Positions 37,899 to 47,161 of a stretch of 64,000 nucleotides of DNA are shown here, one piece after another. Source of the DNA: an uncultured Eubacteriales bacterium (GTDB lineage Bacteria > Acidobacteriota > Aminicenantia > Aminicenantales > Aminicenantaceae); the NCBI GenBank assembly GCA_964347035.1, contig CAYFXE010000001.1, positions 48,228-112,227 on the forward strand, given 5' to 3'. Under the pieces are notes generated by a model. The model was not told the origin of the DNA. It worked only from the letters and a program-made list of their open reading frames with translations, and made no database searches. Positions within the stretch are counted from its first letter, which is position 1. Each line of letters starts with the position of its first letter. A program made the position numbers and the translations under genes.

Positions 37899-40082
37899 CT
37901 AAATACGCCACCAGTAGGAAAACTTGATGAAGAAAAACCGGCCTTGAATCCGCCAGATTCCGGAATCGTCTCTTTCTTGGTTGTCGTCTACTCCGACGTA
38001 AAAGACTGTGCCAGGCCTGAGTTCATAGCTGAAGAGGAGGCTGTTGAAGATTTCTTTATGATAGCTATTATAATCCGTAATTAATCTCAAGGAGAGTGTG
38101 CGGGAAATCTGGTAGGTAATGCGTTGGCTGATGATATTCACCGTGTAGACTTTTTCACCGCCCTTGCTCCTGTAGAAATTATCATTCCTGAAATTATAAT
38201 GCAGGCGGAAGTTAGTGAGGGGCCTTAACGTTAAGCGGGATCCTTTGGATGTTTTATAGCCTAAATAAGGATCTTCCTCGTCGTCACCGTAATAAATGCC
38301 GTCACCCAAAGAAAAAGACACGTTTCCACTCAGCCAGGAAAAAGGCTCCGAGCTGAAACTGGACCGGAAAGAGTTTTTATAAAATTCTATACCTTCGTAA
38401 CGTTCCAGACCTGTGGAGAAATTCACCCATACGTAAGACCCCCTCCATCCACTCATGAACACCCGAAGCTCCCATTCCTCATCTGTCAGGATGTCATCAA
38501 AGTCATAGATTCTCCGGTACTCGATCGAGGGCCGGATATCGACGATGAAGTTTGTCTGAGGCAGGATTGCATAGCTCAGGCGGGAGTTGAAAGACCGGAT
38601 GTCCTTCCGGCGGAAAAAGCCCAGGGAGGCTTCAAAATCGGGAGGAATGTGCCTGTAATTAGCCGAGAAGCTCAGATGCCTGCCTCTTCGGTCAAGGTTA
38701 AACATCATCGCCGGAACCAGGTCGGTTTTTTCCGGGCCGACTTTACTCTGAGAACCGACAACCTGAAAGGAGAATCGATAGTTATTCAAGAATTTGAAGT
38801 GCCCGTCTAAACCTCCAACCCTGTTGAAGTTTTGTGTAATATTATTCCAGGAATCTCCCATCTCTTTATCTGCCAGGATAAATCCGACGTAGGATTCGGA
38901 GAAGAGGTCTTGTCTCAGGCGAAAAACATTCACAAGGCTTCTTCGTTTGATTTCCTCGTCATCGTCTTCATCTTCAGGAGAGATTTTAATGTCTGGTGCG
39001 TTTAAATCATAGGTGGTCAGAAAGCCTAGAGTGGTCTTTCCTATTTTCCCGGTGAGCTTCCCCCCCCATTGAGGGTCGATGATTTTTCGCGTATAAACCA
39101 ATTCAAAGGGTGTATCGAAATGGTCTGTTCCTTCTAGGAAAAAAGGCCTCTTTTCTGGATAGTAAAGGGCATACCTCTGGTTGACATCGATCTGAGGCAT
39201 ATCGGCCTCGACCTGGCTGAAATCCGGGTTGTAGGTGATGTCCGCTGTCAAATCCGATGTGATACCATACTTAAAGTTTATCCCTCCTTCGGGATCGAAT
39301 TTCTCATTTCTCTCTTGAAGACCCGTAAACACGGGCATAACTTCGAAGTTTTTTCCTTTTTCTAAGTTCCCATCGATGGTCAAAGTGCCCGATTGAACCA
39401 GGAACCCGTTCACATCGCGCGACCTTGGATACCAGTAGATTTCTTCATTTTTTCTTCGAATATTCCTCTTGATCTGCAGTCCCCAGAGCTGTGTTTGGGT
39501 ATTGGGAAATCTTAAGCTTTTAAACGGGATGGCCATTTCGACGGTATACCCCTCTTCATCAATGTAAGCGTCGGTGAGAAAAAAGGTATCCCAGTTCTTA
39601 TCGATCCTGTCAGGGCCTCCTCCGCGGCCCCTTCCTCTTCTCTGCGTTTCTAAATAAATGCCATCCGATTGCACACCACATGGATTGGCCAGGAAAGCAA
39701 AAGCACGCTTTTTGTCGTTGAAGGTATCCAGGTAAATAGTGACCTCGTCGTCCCCTTGAACATTATCTCTCTGGGTGAGACAGGCTCTGATGGCCTTCGG
39801 GTTGGAATCATAGCAGCGGAGAGCGATGTACAGGTTTTTATGGTCGTAGCCGAGGTAGGCGATTGTTTTTTCAGAGGGGTCTGTTCCCTCCTGGGGCTCG
39901 TACTGGGTGAAAGCCTCGAGGACCGCCCCCTTTTCCCAGAGAGGATTTTCCAGTTTCCCATCTATTTTAGGCGGAGAAGGAAACTTGGGGATCTTCACAT
40001 TATAATTATTGCCTTTTTTTTGGCCGACGAGGCAGAGAGGTGGTATCAAGAAGAAGACAAGAATGATCAAGATTTTTTTCAA
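37899..40082 (-). CDS. Outer-membrane protein, CBM9-like N-terminal domain + DUF5916-like beta-barrel
   Basis: Signal peptide; KIDGKLENPLWEKG... CBM9/DOMON-like start; 727 aa ending in aromatic FSYWWRI, typical of OM beta-barrels. Confidence 0.5.
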   Translation of the reverse strand: MKKILIILVFFLIPPLCLVGQKKGNNYNVKIPKFPSPPKIDGKLENPLWEKGAVLEAFTQYEPQEGTDPSEKTIAYLGYDHKNLYIALRCYDSNPKAIRACLTQRDNVQGDDEVTIYLDTFNDKKRAFAFLANPCGVQSDGIYLETQRRGRGRGGGPDRIDKNWDTFFLTDAYIDEEGYTVEMAIPFKSLRFPNTQTQLWGLQIKRNIRRKNEEIYWYPRSRDVNGFLVQSGTLTIDGNLEKGKNFEVMPVFTGLQERNEKFDPEGGINFKYGITSDLTADITYNPDFSQVEADMPQIDVNQRYALYYPEKRPFFLEGTDHFDTPFELVYTRKIIDPQWGGKLTGKIGKTTLGFLTTYDLNAPDIKISPEDEDDDEEIKRRSLVNVFRLRQDLFSESYVGFILADKEMGDSWNNITQNFNRVGGLDGHFKFLNNYRFSFQVVGSQSKVGPEKTDLVPAMMFNLDRRGRHLSFSANYRHIPPDFEASLGFFRRKDIRSFNSRLSYAILPQTNFIVDIRPSIEYRRIYDFDDILTDEEWELRVFMSGWRGSYVWVNFSTGLERYEGIEFYKNSFRSSFSSEPFSWLSGNVSFSLGDGIYYGDDEEDPYLGYKTSKGSRLTLRPLTNFRLHYNFRNDNFYRSKGGEKVYTVNIISQRITYQISRTLSLRLITDYNSYHKEIFNSLLFSYELRPGTVFYVGVDDNQERDDSGIWRIQGRFFFIKFSYWWRI

Positions 40083-40169
40083 TGGTCTAACCGTTTTAAA
40101 TGTCTATTATAAGCGATTCTCCTAATCCTTCAAAGATTAATAATCACTAGAATTTTCGGATGTGCCACT

Positions 40170-41732
40170 TTAATTATTCAACATACTCGAAAAAGAAATG
40201 TTTTTTTCCTCCAGACTTATCCCCAGAGCCCTGTTTAAGCGAGCCAATGACAGGTTGTAGTCGATGATGGCCTTCAATTCCAAACTCTGAGCGTTGGCTA
40301 GGTCCCTCTGGTATTGGAGGACGAAATAGTTCGTGGTGAGTCCGACTTTCAGCTTCTCTTCCTCGGCTTCCAGTTTCTTTGCGGCCAACTCCCGCGCCAC
40401 TTTCCGGGCCTGAATCCGCTTAAAATTCGTTTCTACCCCCCGAAGAGCGTTCTTAATCTCAAGGAAAGCCTGTTGCTCCTGATTCTTGATCTGTAAAGTT
40501 GCTTGTTCCAGGTTGACTTTTGCCTGAGCATAAGCGGCGCGAGAGAGAAGTGTGCTGAAGGGGATAGAGAAAGTCAGGCCGACCGTCCAGTTGTTGAACT
40601 TGAAACTGAGGGCGTCCTTCAAGGCATTGGAAGCACCACCGGGAATCGTGTCCACAATCACTCCTGTCAGCGGGTTTCCGCCTTGGTATATGATTTGATC
40701 TCCTGAAATGCCTGGACTCCAGTAGGATGCTTGCAGGCTCAACTCAGGAAGAAGCTGATTCTTAGCATAACTGAGGTTGAGTTCTTTGTTCTTCAGGTCT
40801 ATCCTGGAGACCTGAAGGTCGGGTCGATTCTGTAGGGCAACGGCCAGAGCTTGATCAAGAGTCATGTCTTTTTTCACATAGCTAGGCTTGTCTGTGGGTA
40901 TGATCCTCAGAATCTCGGCATCCTCCTCATCGGCAGCGAGATTGATGATCGTTTTCAGAGCATCCTCGTTATTCTTGACCAGGGCCTCTGCCTCTAGGAT
41001 TTCGGCTTCGCGCGTGGCTACCTGCTCTTGGGCTGTCAGGATTTCAATCGGGGCCAGAGTGCCGACTTCCACCGCCCGCCTATTTTTTTCCAGCAGGTCT
41101 TGAGCCAATTTCAAGGACTGCTTAATGACTGTCAGGTTCTCGGTAGAATTGACGAGATTCCAGTAGGCCTCTTCCACGTTGTAGATCGTATCCTGAAGCG
41201 CTCTTTTATACTGGGTTTCGGAGATGTCGCTGTTATTGTGAGCGATCAGGATTTCTCTGCGGTTGATGTTAAGGCCAAAATTCTTGAGGATGGGCTGAGT
41301 AAAATTAAACCTCAGCGTTCCTCCGTAGCGAGGGTTGATGGTTTGGAAACTCCTGTTCGATTCGGTGGCGTAGCCCGTAAGGTTAATAGACAGGTTTCCC
41401 CCTGTGGGCAGGAGCTGGTTTATCTGAGCTGAATAGTCCGTCCTATCAGTCGTAACTTCTTTTGCTGCATCGAGGAACGAGTAGGAAGGCGAAATGTTAC
41501 TGTCTATACCATAGCTTAAAGAAAGCGAGGGCATGAATTTCTCTTTAGCTAGGGAGATTGAAATATCGGCCAGCTCAGGGGATAAGACTTCCACAGCCAG
41601 GCCGAGGTTGTTTTCCATCGCCTTCAGAATGCATTCCTCTAGGGAGAGGGAGATGGTTTTTTCCTGTTGGCCTTGAGAGACAGCGGCGAAAAAGAATACG
41701 GAGATAAAAATCCCGATGATGCGTTTATTCAT
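40170..41732 (-). CDS. TolC-family outer membrane efflux protein
   Basis: Signal peptide plus two repeated halves with coiled-coil segments, 520 aa. Confidence 0.8.
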   Translation of the reverse strand: MNKRIIGIFISVFFFAAVSQGQQEKTISLSLEECILKAMENNLGLAVEVLSPELADISISLAKEKFMPSLSLSYGIDSNISPSYSFLDAAKEVTTDRTDYSAQINQLLPTGGNLSINLTGYATESNRSFQTINPRYGGTLRFNFTQPILKNFGLNINRREILIAHNNSDISETQYKRALQDTIYNVEEAYWNLVNSTENLTVIKQSLKLAQDLLEKNRRAVEVGTLAPIEILTAQEQVATREAEILEAEALVKNNEDALKTIINLAADEEDAEILRIIPTDKPSYVKKDMTLDQALAVALQNRPDLQVSRIDLKNKELNLSYAKNQLLPELSLQASYWSPGISGDQIIYQGGNPLTGVIVDTIPGGASNALKDALSFKFNNWTVGLTFSIPFSTLLSRAAYAQAKVNLEQATLQIKNQEQQAFLEIKNALRGVETNFKRIQARKVARELAAKKLEAEEEKLKVGLTTNYFVLQYQRDLANAQSLELKAIIDYNLSLARLNRALGISLEEKNISFSSMLNN

Positions 41733-41841
41733 ATTTTCCTCCTAGATAATTTTCTTTTTTTACTCAACCATCACAAGTCATCATTAGAACAGTAAGAAAT
41801 AAAGCTTTTATTCGTACCTTAAGGCCTCAATTGGGTCGAGT

Positions 41842-42102
41842 TTAGAGGCCTTGCTTGATTGTGGAATTAAAGTTTGCATAGAGCTGTTCGATGCGGCCTG
41901 AGACCTGGCTTCCGACGTCGACGATGGTGACCGGATTAAGCGATCCTATAGTAACCACCATGGCTTGGATGTCCCCCTTCTCTATTGCCTCGTTTTTATA
42001 ATTTCTGGCCTTATCCTTGTTGCTATTGAAGAGCGTGAAACCTAGAACAATCCCCACGATGACGATAAAAACAACGATTTCGATGATGATTTTCTTATTC
42101 AT
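41842..42102 (-). pseudogene. N-terminal 86-aa fragment of a MacA/HlyD-type periplasmic adaptor (membrane fusion protein); rest of gene and cognate transporter absent
   Basis: ...GSLNPVTIVDVGSQVSGRIEQLYANFNSTIKQGL aligns to the MacA N-terminus (KVDVGAQVSGQLKTL...) and then stops. TolC follows 110 bp later with no ABC/RND gene between them. Confidence 0.55.
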
Positions 42103-42526
42103 TCGATTTCTTTCTAGGTTTTCTGTGGTTTCTTCGTTTGTTCATCTGTTCTTTCCTCTTTTGGAGGTATCTTTCAATCATGGCCTCGAATTTTGTCCTC
42201 TGCTCCTCAGTCAGGACGTTATTAATCTCGGTTTTCAAGTCCGATCTTATTTTCGAGATGCGCTCATGGATATGGCTTTTCAGCTTCTTTAGACTCTCTT
42301 CGTTATCGGCGAAGATTTGTCTGATCTGTTCCTGTTGTTCTGCGGATAGATCTAGCTCTTTAGCCATGATATCCAGCGTGGGAAATTCAACCGGCCGCCG
42401 ATCTCTTCTGGATCTCTTGGATTTTGTGGGAAAGATGTATTCATCTAGAAGAACCCCGGCCACACCGCCGACGATGAAGACGACGATGAAAGAGAGGATA
42501 ATCCAGAGTTTATAATTGTTTTTCAT
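42095..42526 (-). CDS. Spy/CpxP-family periplasmic chaperone-like protein with an N-terminal membrane anchor
   Basis: LTxxQ-type helical repeats (LSAEQQEQIRQI, LTEEQRTKFEAM); lies downstream of the anti-sigma factor. Confidence 0.6.
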   Translation of the reverse strand: MKNNYKLWIILSFIVVFIVGGVAGVLLDEYIFPTKSKRSRRDRRPVEFPTLDIMAKELDLSAEQQEQIRQIFADNEESLKKLKSHIHERISKIRSDLKTEINNVLTEEQRTKFEAMIERYLQKRKEQMNKRRNHRKPRKKSNE

Positions 42527-43020
42527 GGGATTTGTCTCCTTGTGCTGTCCTGCTCCTCCAAAGTGGAGAAGATGATCATCATGTTCTGGTCCTCCAATCT
42601 TTCATCAAGTAAAAGCTGGGTCTCCTCGAGAGGATTCAGGTTACGGAGGAGAAGCGCTTCGGACTGACTCAATTCCTGATCTTTAACTGGAAAGATACAG
42701 ATAATGGCAACGGCAATGATAAGGACGATAATCAGGGATGCGGGTACAGCCCGGAGACCCCATTGTTTGACAGAAGCCCAGAACGGCAAGCCTTGCCTTT
42801 CTTTGATTTTGGCCTGGAGGCGTTCCCAGAAATAGGGCTTCGGCTCTTGAGGTTTCTCTTGTCTCAAAAGACTGATGATGGTTCGGTATTCCTCTCTTGT
42901 CTCCTGGCATTCAGGACAGCTATTTATGTGTATCTCGATTTTCTTTTTTTCTTCCTCTGTCAACAGATTGTCGAAGGAGCGGAGTATCCATTTCTCGAAT
43001 TTTTTACAGCTCATACTCAC
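42523..43020 (-). CDS. Anti-sigma factor (zf-HC2) with a single TM
   Basis: HINSCPECQ zinc-finger motif and a single TM helix; translationally coupled to the upstream ECF sigma gene. Confidence 0.7.
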   Translation of the reverse strand: MSMSCKKFEKWILRSFDNLLTEEEKKKIEIHINSCPECQETREEYRTIISLLRQEKPQEPKPYFWERLQAKIKERQGLPFWASVKQWGLRAVPASLIIVLIIAVAIICIFPVKDQELSQSEALLLRNLNPLEETQLLLDERLEDQNMMIIFSTLEEQDSTRRQIP

Positions 43021-43571
43021 CTCCTTATATATGGCTCTATATTTTTTCGCAGCAATCGCCTCGCTCTGTGCAGGCGAGAATCGACAGTACCCGGAGAGAT
43101 CTTCAAGATTTTTGAGATTTCTCCGTAAGAAAGTTCTTGGATGTCTCTCAAGGAAATGATGATCTGGTATTTCTCTGGCAGGGTGCGAATGGCCTGGTGA
43201 ACTAGTGCTCTTCTCGCTATTTGTATTTTTTCTTTTTCTCTTTTTTTGACCTCGTCTTCTTGAGCAAAGGGATTCTCCTTGATGTCATCAATAGAAAGTT
43301 TGGGCATTCTCTCTTTTTTTCTCAGGTGATCCTTGATGAGGTTTATGGTAATGCGATAGAGCCAAGTGCCGAATTTTGATTTATATTTAAAACTCGACAG
43401 CCCAAAATAGGCCCTTATAAAGGCTTCTTGGGCAATATCATCGGCGGTTCCAGTATCTCTGGTTATGCTTAAGGCCATGTTAAATACCCTGTTCTTATAT
43501 TTCTCGACCAGCTGTCGGAAGGCGTCCTGATCTTCGTTTTTGCTCCTTTGAACGAGCTCTTTTTCTTCCAT
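43017..43571 (-). CDS. ECF (sigma-24 type) RNA polymerase sigma factor
   Basis: Region 2 (DIAQEAFIRAY, FGTWLYRIT) and region 4 HTH (LSYGEISKILKISPGTVDSRL). Confidence 0.85.
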   Translation of the reverse strand: MEEKELVQRSKNEDQDAFRQLVEKYKNRVFNMALSITRDTGTADDIAQEAFIRAYFGLSSFKYKSKFGTWLYRITINLIKDHLRKKERMPKLSIDDIKENPFAQEDEVKKREKEKIQIARRALVHQAIRTLPEKYQIIISLRDIQELSYGEISKILKISPGTVDSRLHRARRLLRKNIEPYIRR

Positions 43572-43605
43572 ATCCTTTCACGTTGTCTTGACCTCCGTCT
43601 ATTGT

Positions 43606-43633
43606 TTAGACGGAGGAAAAGAAGAAATCTTCC
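43606..43633 (-). promoter_or_regulatory. Putative ECF-type promoter GGAAGAT-N15-GTCTAA upstream of the sigma factor gene
   Basis: On the minus strand, GGAAGAT (43633..43627) and GTCTAA (43611..43606) resemble sigma-E-type GGAACTT/TCTGA elements. The -10 sits inside a 10 bp perfect palindrome cctccgtcta/tagacggagg (43589..43613). Confidence 0.4.
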
Positions 43634-43726
43634 TTTACAGGGGATGCTTCTATTATGTTTATAAAAGAAAAGTTTAACGTATAAAAGTTTTCTTTGAAAG
43701 GGGAAAAAAGGATCTGATTATAAAAA

Positions 43727-44101
43727 TCAGGTGGTTTTTTTCGTTCCTTCCCATGAACTGGCACCAAAGGAACCGAATTGGACCTCGCCCGACATCGTGT
43801 CGCCTTCCACTTCTCCGCTCCAGGTCATAGTCATTTCTCCTCTAGGCGTTTCGCGGGTTATCGTCCATTCGATCTTGTTGCCGGTGATCGTGCCCTCTCC
43901 AGCGGTCTCTCCGCGCTGGCTAGTCATGGTCACCGTCAGTGTGCTACCTTCCTGTTCAAAGTGGACATCCCAAGTCATTTCCCCCCTTTGGGTGCTGACA
44001 GTAATTTCCCAGTCGCCCCTGACATCTGTGTCCAGGGCCATAGAAGAAAGGGAGAAGAAGGCCAAAAAGAGAACTGCTGGGAGTACCAATAATCTGTTCA
44101 T
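43727..44101 (-). CDS. Small secreted protein with internal duplication (RGEMT repeats)
   Basis: Signal peptide and two repeats (...STQRGEMTWDV... / ...ETPRGEMTMTWSG...). No known domain recognised. Confidence 0.5.
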   Translation of the reverse strand: MNRLLVLPAVLFLAFFSLSSMALDTDVRGDWEITVSTQRGEMTWDVHFEQEGSTLTVTMTSQRGETAGEGTITGNKIEWTITRETPRGEMTMTWSGEVEGDTMSGEVQFGSFGASSWEGTKKTT

Positions 44102-44136
44102 GTTAATCTCCTTCTGTATTATAATTGATTTTATTA

Positions 44137-44165
44137 TTAGACGGTTAATTTCAGCCTTATCTTCC
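44137..44165 (-). promoter_or_regulatory. Second copy of GGAAGAT-N16-GTCTAA motif upstream of the small secreted protein gene
   Basis: On the minus strand, GGAAGAT (44165..44159) and GTCTAA (44142..44137), followed by TATAAT-like and aaggag RBS elements. Confidence 0.4.
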
Positions 44166-44427
44166 CCAAAAAAAATTTTTTTGCTGGATGCAGCTGTACA
44201 GATGTGTTTTTAATCTGATTTATCCTTGCATTTCACTATTCGTCATAAACATGGCTAAGCTATCTTAGCGCCATTAAAGATGAGAAGGCTACCGTCTCAT
44301 TATAATGGTTCTTTGAGTGGAAAAGAGTCCTCTATCACAGAAATAGATATGCTTATTCCTCGTCACTTATCCTTGACAATCCCTCTGGACTTTACTTTAA
44401 TATATCCTCTCAAAAGGAACATTATTG

Positions 44428-44736
44428 ATGTTTGTTTGGGTTTTCCATCGGATTAGCGGCCTTTTGCTCATCCTCCTCCTAGGCATCAAAATCACAACAG
44501 CTCTCTTCCTGATGACAAAGGAACAGAAACCCGACTGGGCTTTGGTCCTCCACACTAACTCCATTATCGATGTCTTGCTCATTATTTCCGTCGTGGCTCA
44601 TGCGCTGTACGGCCTGCGGACCGTAATCATCGATCTCGGTGTCCGGAAAGAAAAATTGCTCTTTTGGGTATTCTCTCTCCTCATCGTTGTCTTCAGTGCC
44701 GTACTTCTGATCTTTTATTTTACCAGGAATTACTGA
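44428..44736 (+). CDS. sdhC: Succinate dehydrogenase/fumarate reductase membrane anchor (single small heme-b subunit)
   Basis: Three TM helices with conserved His residues (FHRISG, VAHALYG); sits immediately upstream of sdhA. Confidence 0.65.
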   Translation: MFVWVFHRISGLLLILLLGIKITTALFLMTKEQKPDWALVLHTNSIIDVLLIISVVAHALYGLRTVIIDLGVRKEKLLFWVFSLLIVVFSAVLLIFYFTRNY

Positions 44737-46434
44737 ATGATCGACCAGGACATCCTCGTTGTTGGGGGTGGATTGGCAGGCTTGGCCGCTGCACTCACCA
44801 GTGATGCGAACCTTCGAACAGCTGTCGTCTCCAAGGTCCATCCTCTCCGCTCTCACTCTGTCGCGGCTCAAGGTGGAATCAACGCGGCCCTGGCAAACAA
44901 TCCAGATGGCAAAGACGACAGCTGGGAGAGGCATGCTTTTGACACCATCAAAGGGAGTGATTATCTGGCTGACCAGAGTGCTGCCGAGTTGATGTGCCAG
45001 GAAGCCATCCCTACGATCTATGATTTGGAGCATCTCGGGGTACCTTTCAGCCGCTTTCCGGGGGGAGTTATCGCTCAGAGACCTTTCGGCGGCGCTGGTT
45101 TTCCCCGCACCTGTTATGCAGCCGATCGAACGGGACTAGTGATTCTCCATACTCTTTTCGAACAGGCCGTGAAAAAAAGAATCGAATTTTATAACGAGTG
45201 GCTGGTGACCAAACTTGTCATCAGAGATGGAAAATGTCTGGGAGTCGTCATCTTCGACCTCACCACAGGACAGGTCATGCCGATAAGAGCCCGAGCTGTC
45301 ATCTTCGCCACCGGCGGTTACGGGAGAGTCTATTCGAGGACAACCAATTCCTTCATCAACCACGGCAGCGGTATCGCGATTGCCTACCGGGCCGGAGTTG
45401 CGTTGAAGGATATGGAATTTGTCCAGTTTCATCCCACATCTCTTTTCCCCAAAAACATCCTGATCACAGAGGGAGCGCGGGGAGAAGGAGGTTATCTTCT
45501 CAATAACAAGGGGAAGAGGTTTATGGAGGACTATGCTCCCTCAGCCATGGAACTCGCCCCGCGCGACATCGTGGCCCGTGCTCTTCAGACCGAGATCGAT
45601 AAAGGGCATGGGTTTGAAGAGCAGTATGTCCATCTGGACTTGAGACATCTGGGCGAGGCGAAGCTCAATAAGAGGCTTCCAGCTATCCGAGAAATCTGTA
45701 TCCATTTTGCCGGGATCGACCCCGTTGATAAACCCATTCCTATCCAGCCTGCTCAACATTATTCCATGGGAGGCATCGATGTCGATAAGACATGTGCTTC
45801 AGCGGTCAGGGGATTTTATGCTGCAGGGGAGTGTGCTTGTGTCAGTGTCCATGGAGCCAATCGCCTCGGTGGGAATTCTCTGCTAGAAACTGTTGTCTTC
45901 GGACGGATTGCAGGAGAGGAGGCATCCCGTTATGTGCACGGAAGCGAAGGGGGCGAAGAGGCTGAAAAGATTCTCCTTGAGGAGGCCTTGGAAATCAAGA
46001 GCAGGGTCGATAAGTGGAGGAAGATAGAAGACGGGTGGAAGATCCATCTCCTGCTCAACAAGCTGAAAATAATCATGAGCGATAAAGTGGGAATTTTTCG
46101 GAGCAAAGAAGACTTAAGACATGCCTTAAAGGAAATTCAGGGACTGAGACAGGACTACAGCCAGGTTTATGTTTCGGGAGATTGCCTGAGGTATAGCCAA
46201 GAACTCGTGAATATCTTCGAGTTCGAATCCATGCTTGACCTGGCGGAGGTGATCACTCTGGGAGCCCTGAACAGGGAGGAAACACGAGGATCCCATTATC
46301 GCCTTGATTTCCCCAAAAGGGATGATTCCAATTGGCTTAAACACTCCTTGGTCTCCTGGAAAGACGGCCAACCTCGAATCGATTACCGAGATGTCAAAAT
46401 CGAAAAATACAAACCTGAGGAGAGAAAATACTGA
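44737..46434 (+). CDS. sdhA: Succinate dehydrogenase/fumarate reductase flavoprotein subunit
   Basis: FAD motif DILVVGGGLAGLAAA; covalent FAD His in RSHSVAAQGG; 565 aa. Confidence 0.9.
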   Translation: MIDQDILVVGGGLAGLAAALTSDANLRTAVVSKVHPLRSHSVAAQGGINAALANNPDGKDDSWERHAFDTIKGSDYLADQSAAELMCQEAIPTIYDLEHLGVPFSRFPGGVIAQRPFGGAGFPRTCYAADRTGLVILHTLFEQAVKKRIEFYNEWLVTKLVIRDGKCLGVVIFDLTTGQVMPIRARAVIFATGGYGRVYSRTTNSFINHGSGIAIAYRAGVALKDMEFVQFHPTSLFPKNILITEGARGEGGYLLNNKGKRFMEDYAPSAMELAPRDIVARALQTEIDKGHGFEEQYVHLDLRHLGEAKLNKRLPAIREICIHFAGIDPVDKPIPIQPAQHYSMGGIDVDKTCASAVRGFYAAGECACVSVHGANRLGGNSLLETVVFGRIAGEEASRYVHGSEGGEEAEKILLEEALEIKSRVDKWRKIEDGWKIHLLLNKLKIIMSDKVGIFRSKEDLRHALKEIQGLRQDYSQVYVSGDCLRYSQELVNIFEFESMLDLAEVITLGALNREETRGSHYRLDFPKRDDSNWLKHSLVSWKDGQPRIDYRDVKIEKYKPEERKY

Positions 46435-46435
46435 G

Positions 46436-47161
46436 ATGGTCTACACCTTTAGAATTCTCAGGTGCGATCCCCTGAAGGATGAACAGCCTTATTTTCAGGA
46501 TTTTTCTTACGAGACAACGGAGGAGAAATCCATCCTGGAAGCCTTGATGGACATCCGGAATGAGCAGGATTGTACCCTTTCCTTTAGATACAGTTGCCGA
46601 GAAGCCATCTGTGGTTCTTGTGGCCTGGTGATTAACGGTGAGTTTGACCTTGCCTGCCGAGCCGGACTCGGCTCTCTCAGGTCTCCTCTGGTTCACGTAG
46701 AACCCCTTCCCAACTTAGAGATCGAGAAGGATCTGGTAGTCAACATGGATCCCTTTTGGGAAGCTTTGTATAAGGTTGAACCCTACCTCCATGCTAGCCA
46801 GGAGTCTCCTGAGAAAGAGCATCTTATAGAAGACAAAGAAATGGACAAAATCCTCCAATACATCAACTGCATTTTATGTGGCTGCTGTTACAGTGCCTGT
46901 CCTGTGGCTTCCCGAGACGAAAGATACTTAGGACCGGCGGCCCTTGCCAAGCTCTACCGTTTGGTGAGAGATCCTCGGGATCAGAGGGCTTTCTCCAGTT
47001 GGTCGGAGGTCAATACAGAGGGCGGTGTCTGGGGATGTGATACCGTATTCAGGTGTAACGAGGTCTGCCCTAAAGACGTCAGGCCGGCCGACGGGATTGA
47101 AGCGTTGAGACGAAAACTTATCATCGAAAAAATCAAGCGGCTCTTTAGATTCAGTAAATGA
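46436..47161 (+). CDS. sdhB: Succinate dehydrogenase iron-sulfur subunit
   Basis: 2Fe-2S CREAICGSCG and 4Fe-4S/3Fe-4S CILCGCCYSACP...CNEVCP motifs. Start placed at MVYTF, 1 nt after the sdhA stop. Confidence 0.85.
   Translation: MVYTFRILRCDPLKDEQPYFQDFSYETTEEKSILEALMDIRNEQDCTLSFRYSCREAICGSCGLVINGEFDLACRAGLGSLRSPLVHVEPLPNLEIEKDLVVNMDPFWEALYKVEPYLHASQESPEKEHLIEDKEMDKILQYINCILCGCCYSACPVASRDERYLGPAALAKLYRLVRDPRDQRAFSSWSEVNTEGGVWGCDTVFRCNEVCPKDVRPADGIEALRRKLIIEKIKRLFRFSK

Noticed and set aside
41821-41852. Possible relationship between the aaggcctc/gaggcctt hairpin and the 19 bp TIR element (shared aggcct core)
   Set aside because: The similarity is limited to a 6-7 bp StuI-like core. That is insufficient to call a third copy of the element.
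43720-43745. Hairpin ctgatt-ataaaa-aatcag followed by a T7 run on the plus strand near 43727
   Set aside because: It looks like an intrinsic terminator, but it points in the plus direction where no plus-strand gene ends. It overlaps the stop of the minus-strand secreted-protein gene, so it is probably coincidental or a minus-strand mRNA 3' structure.
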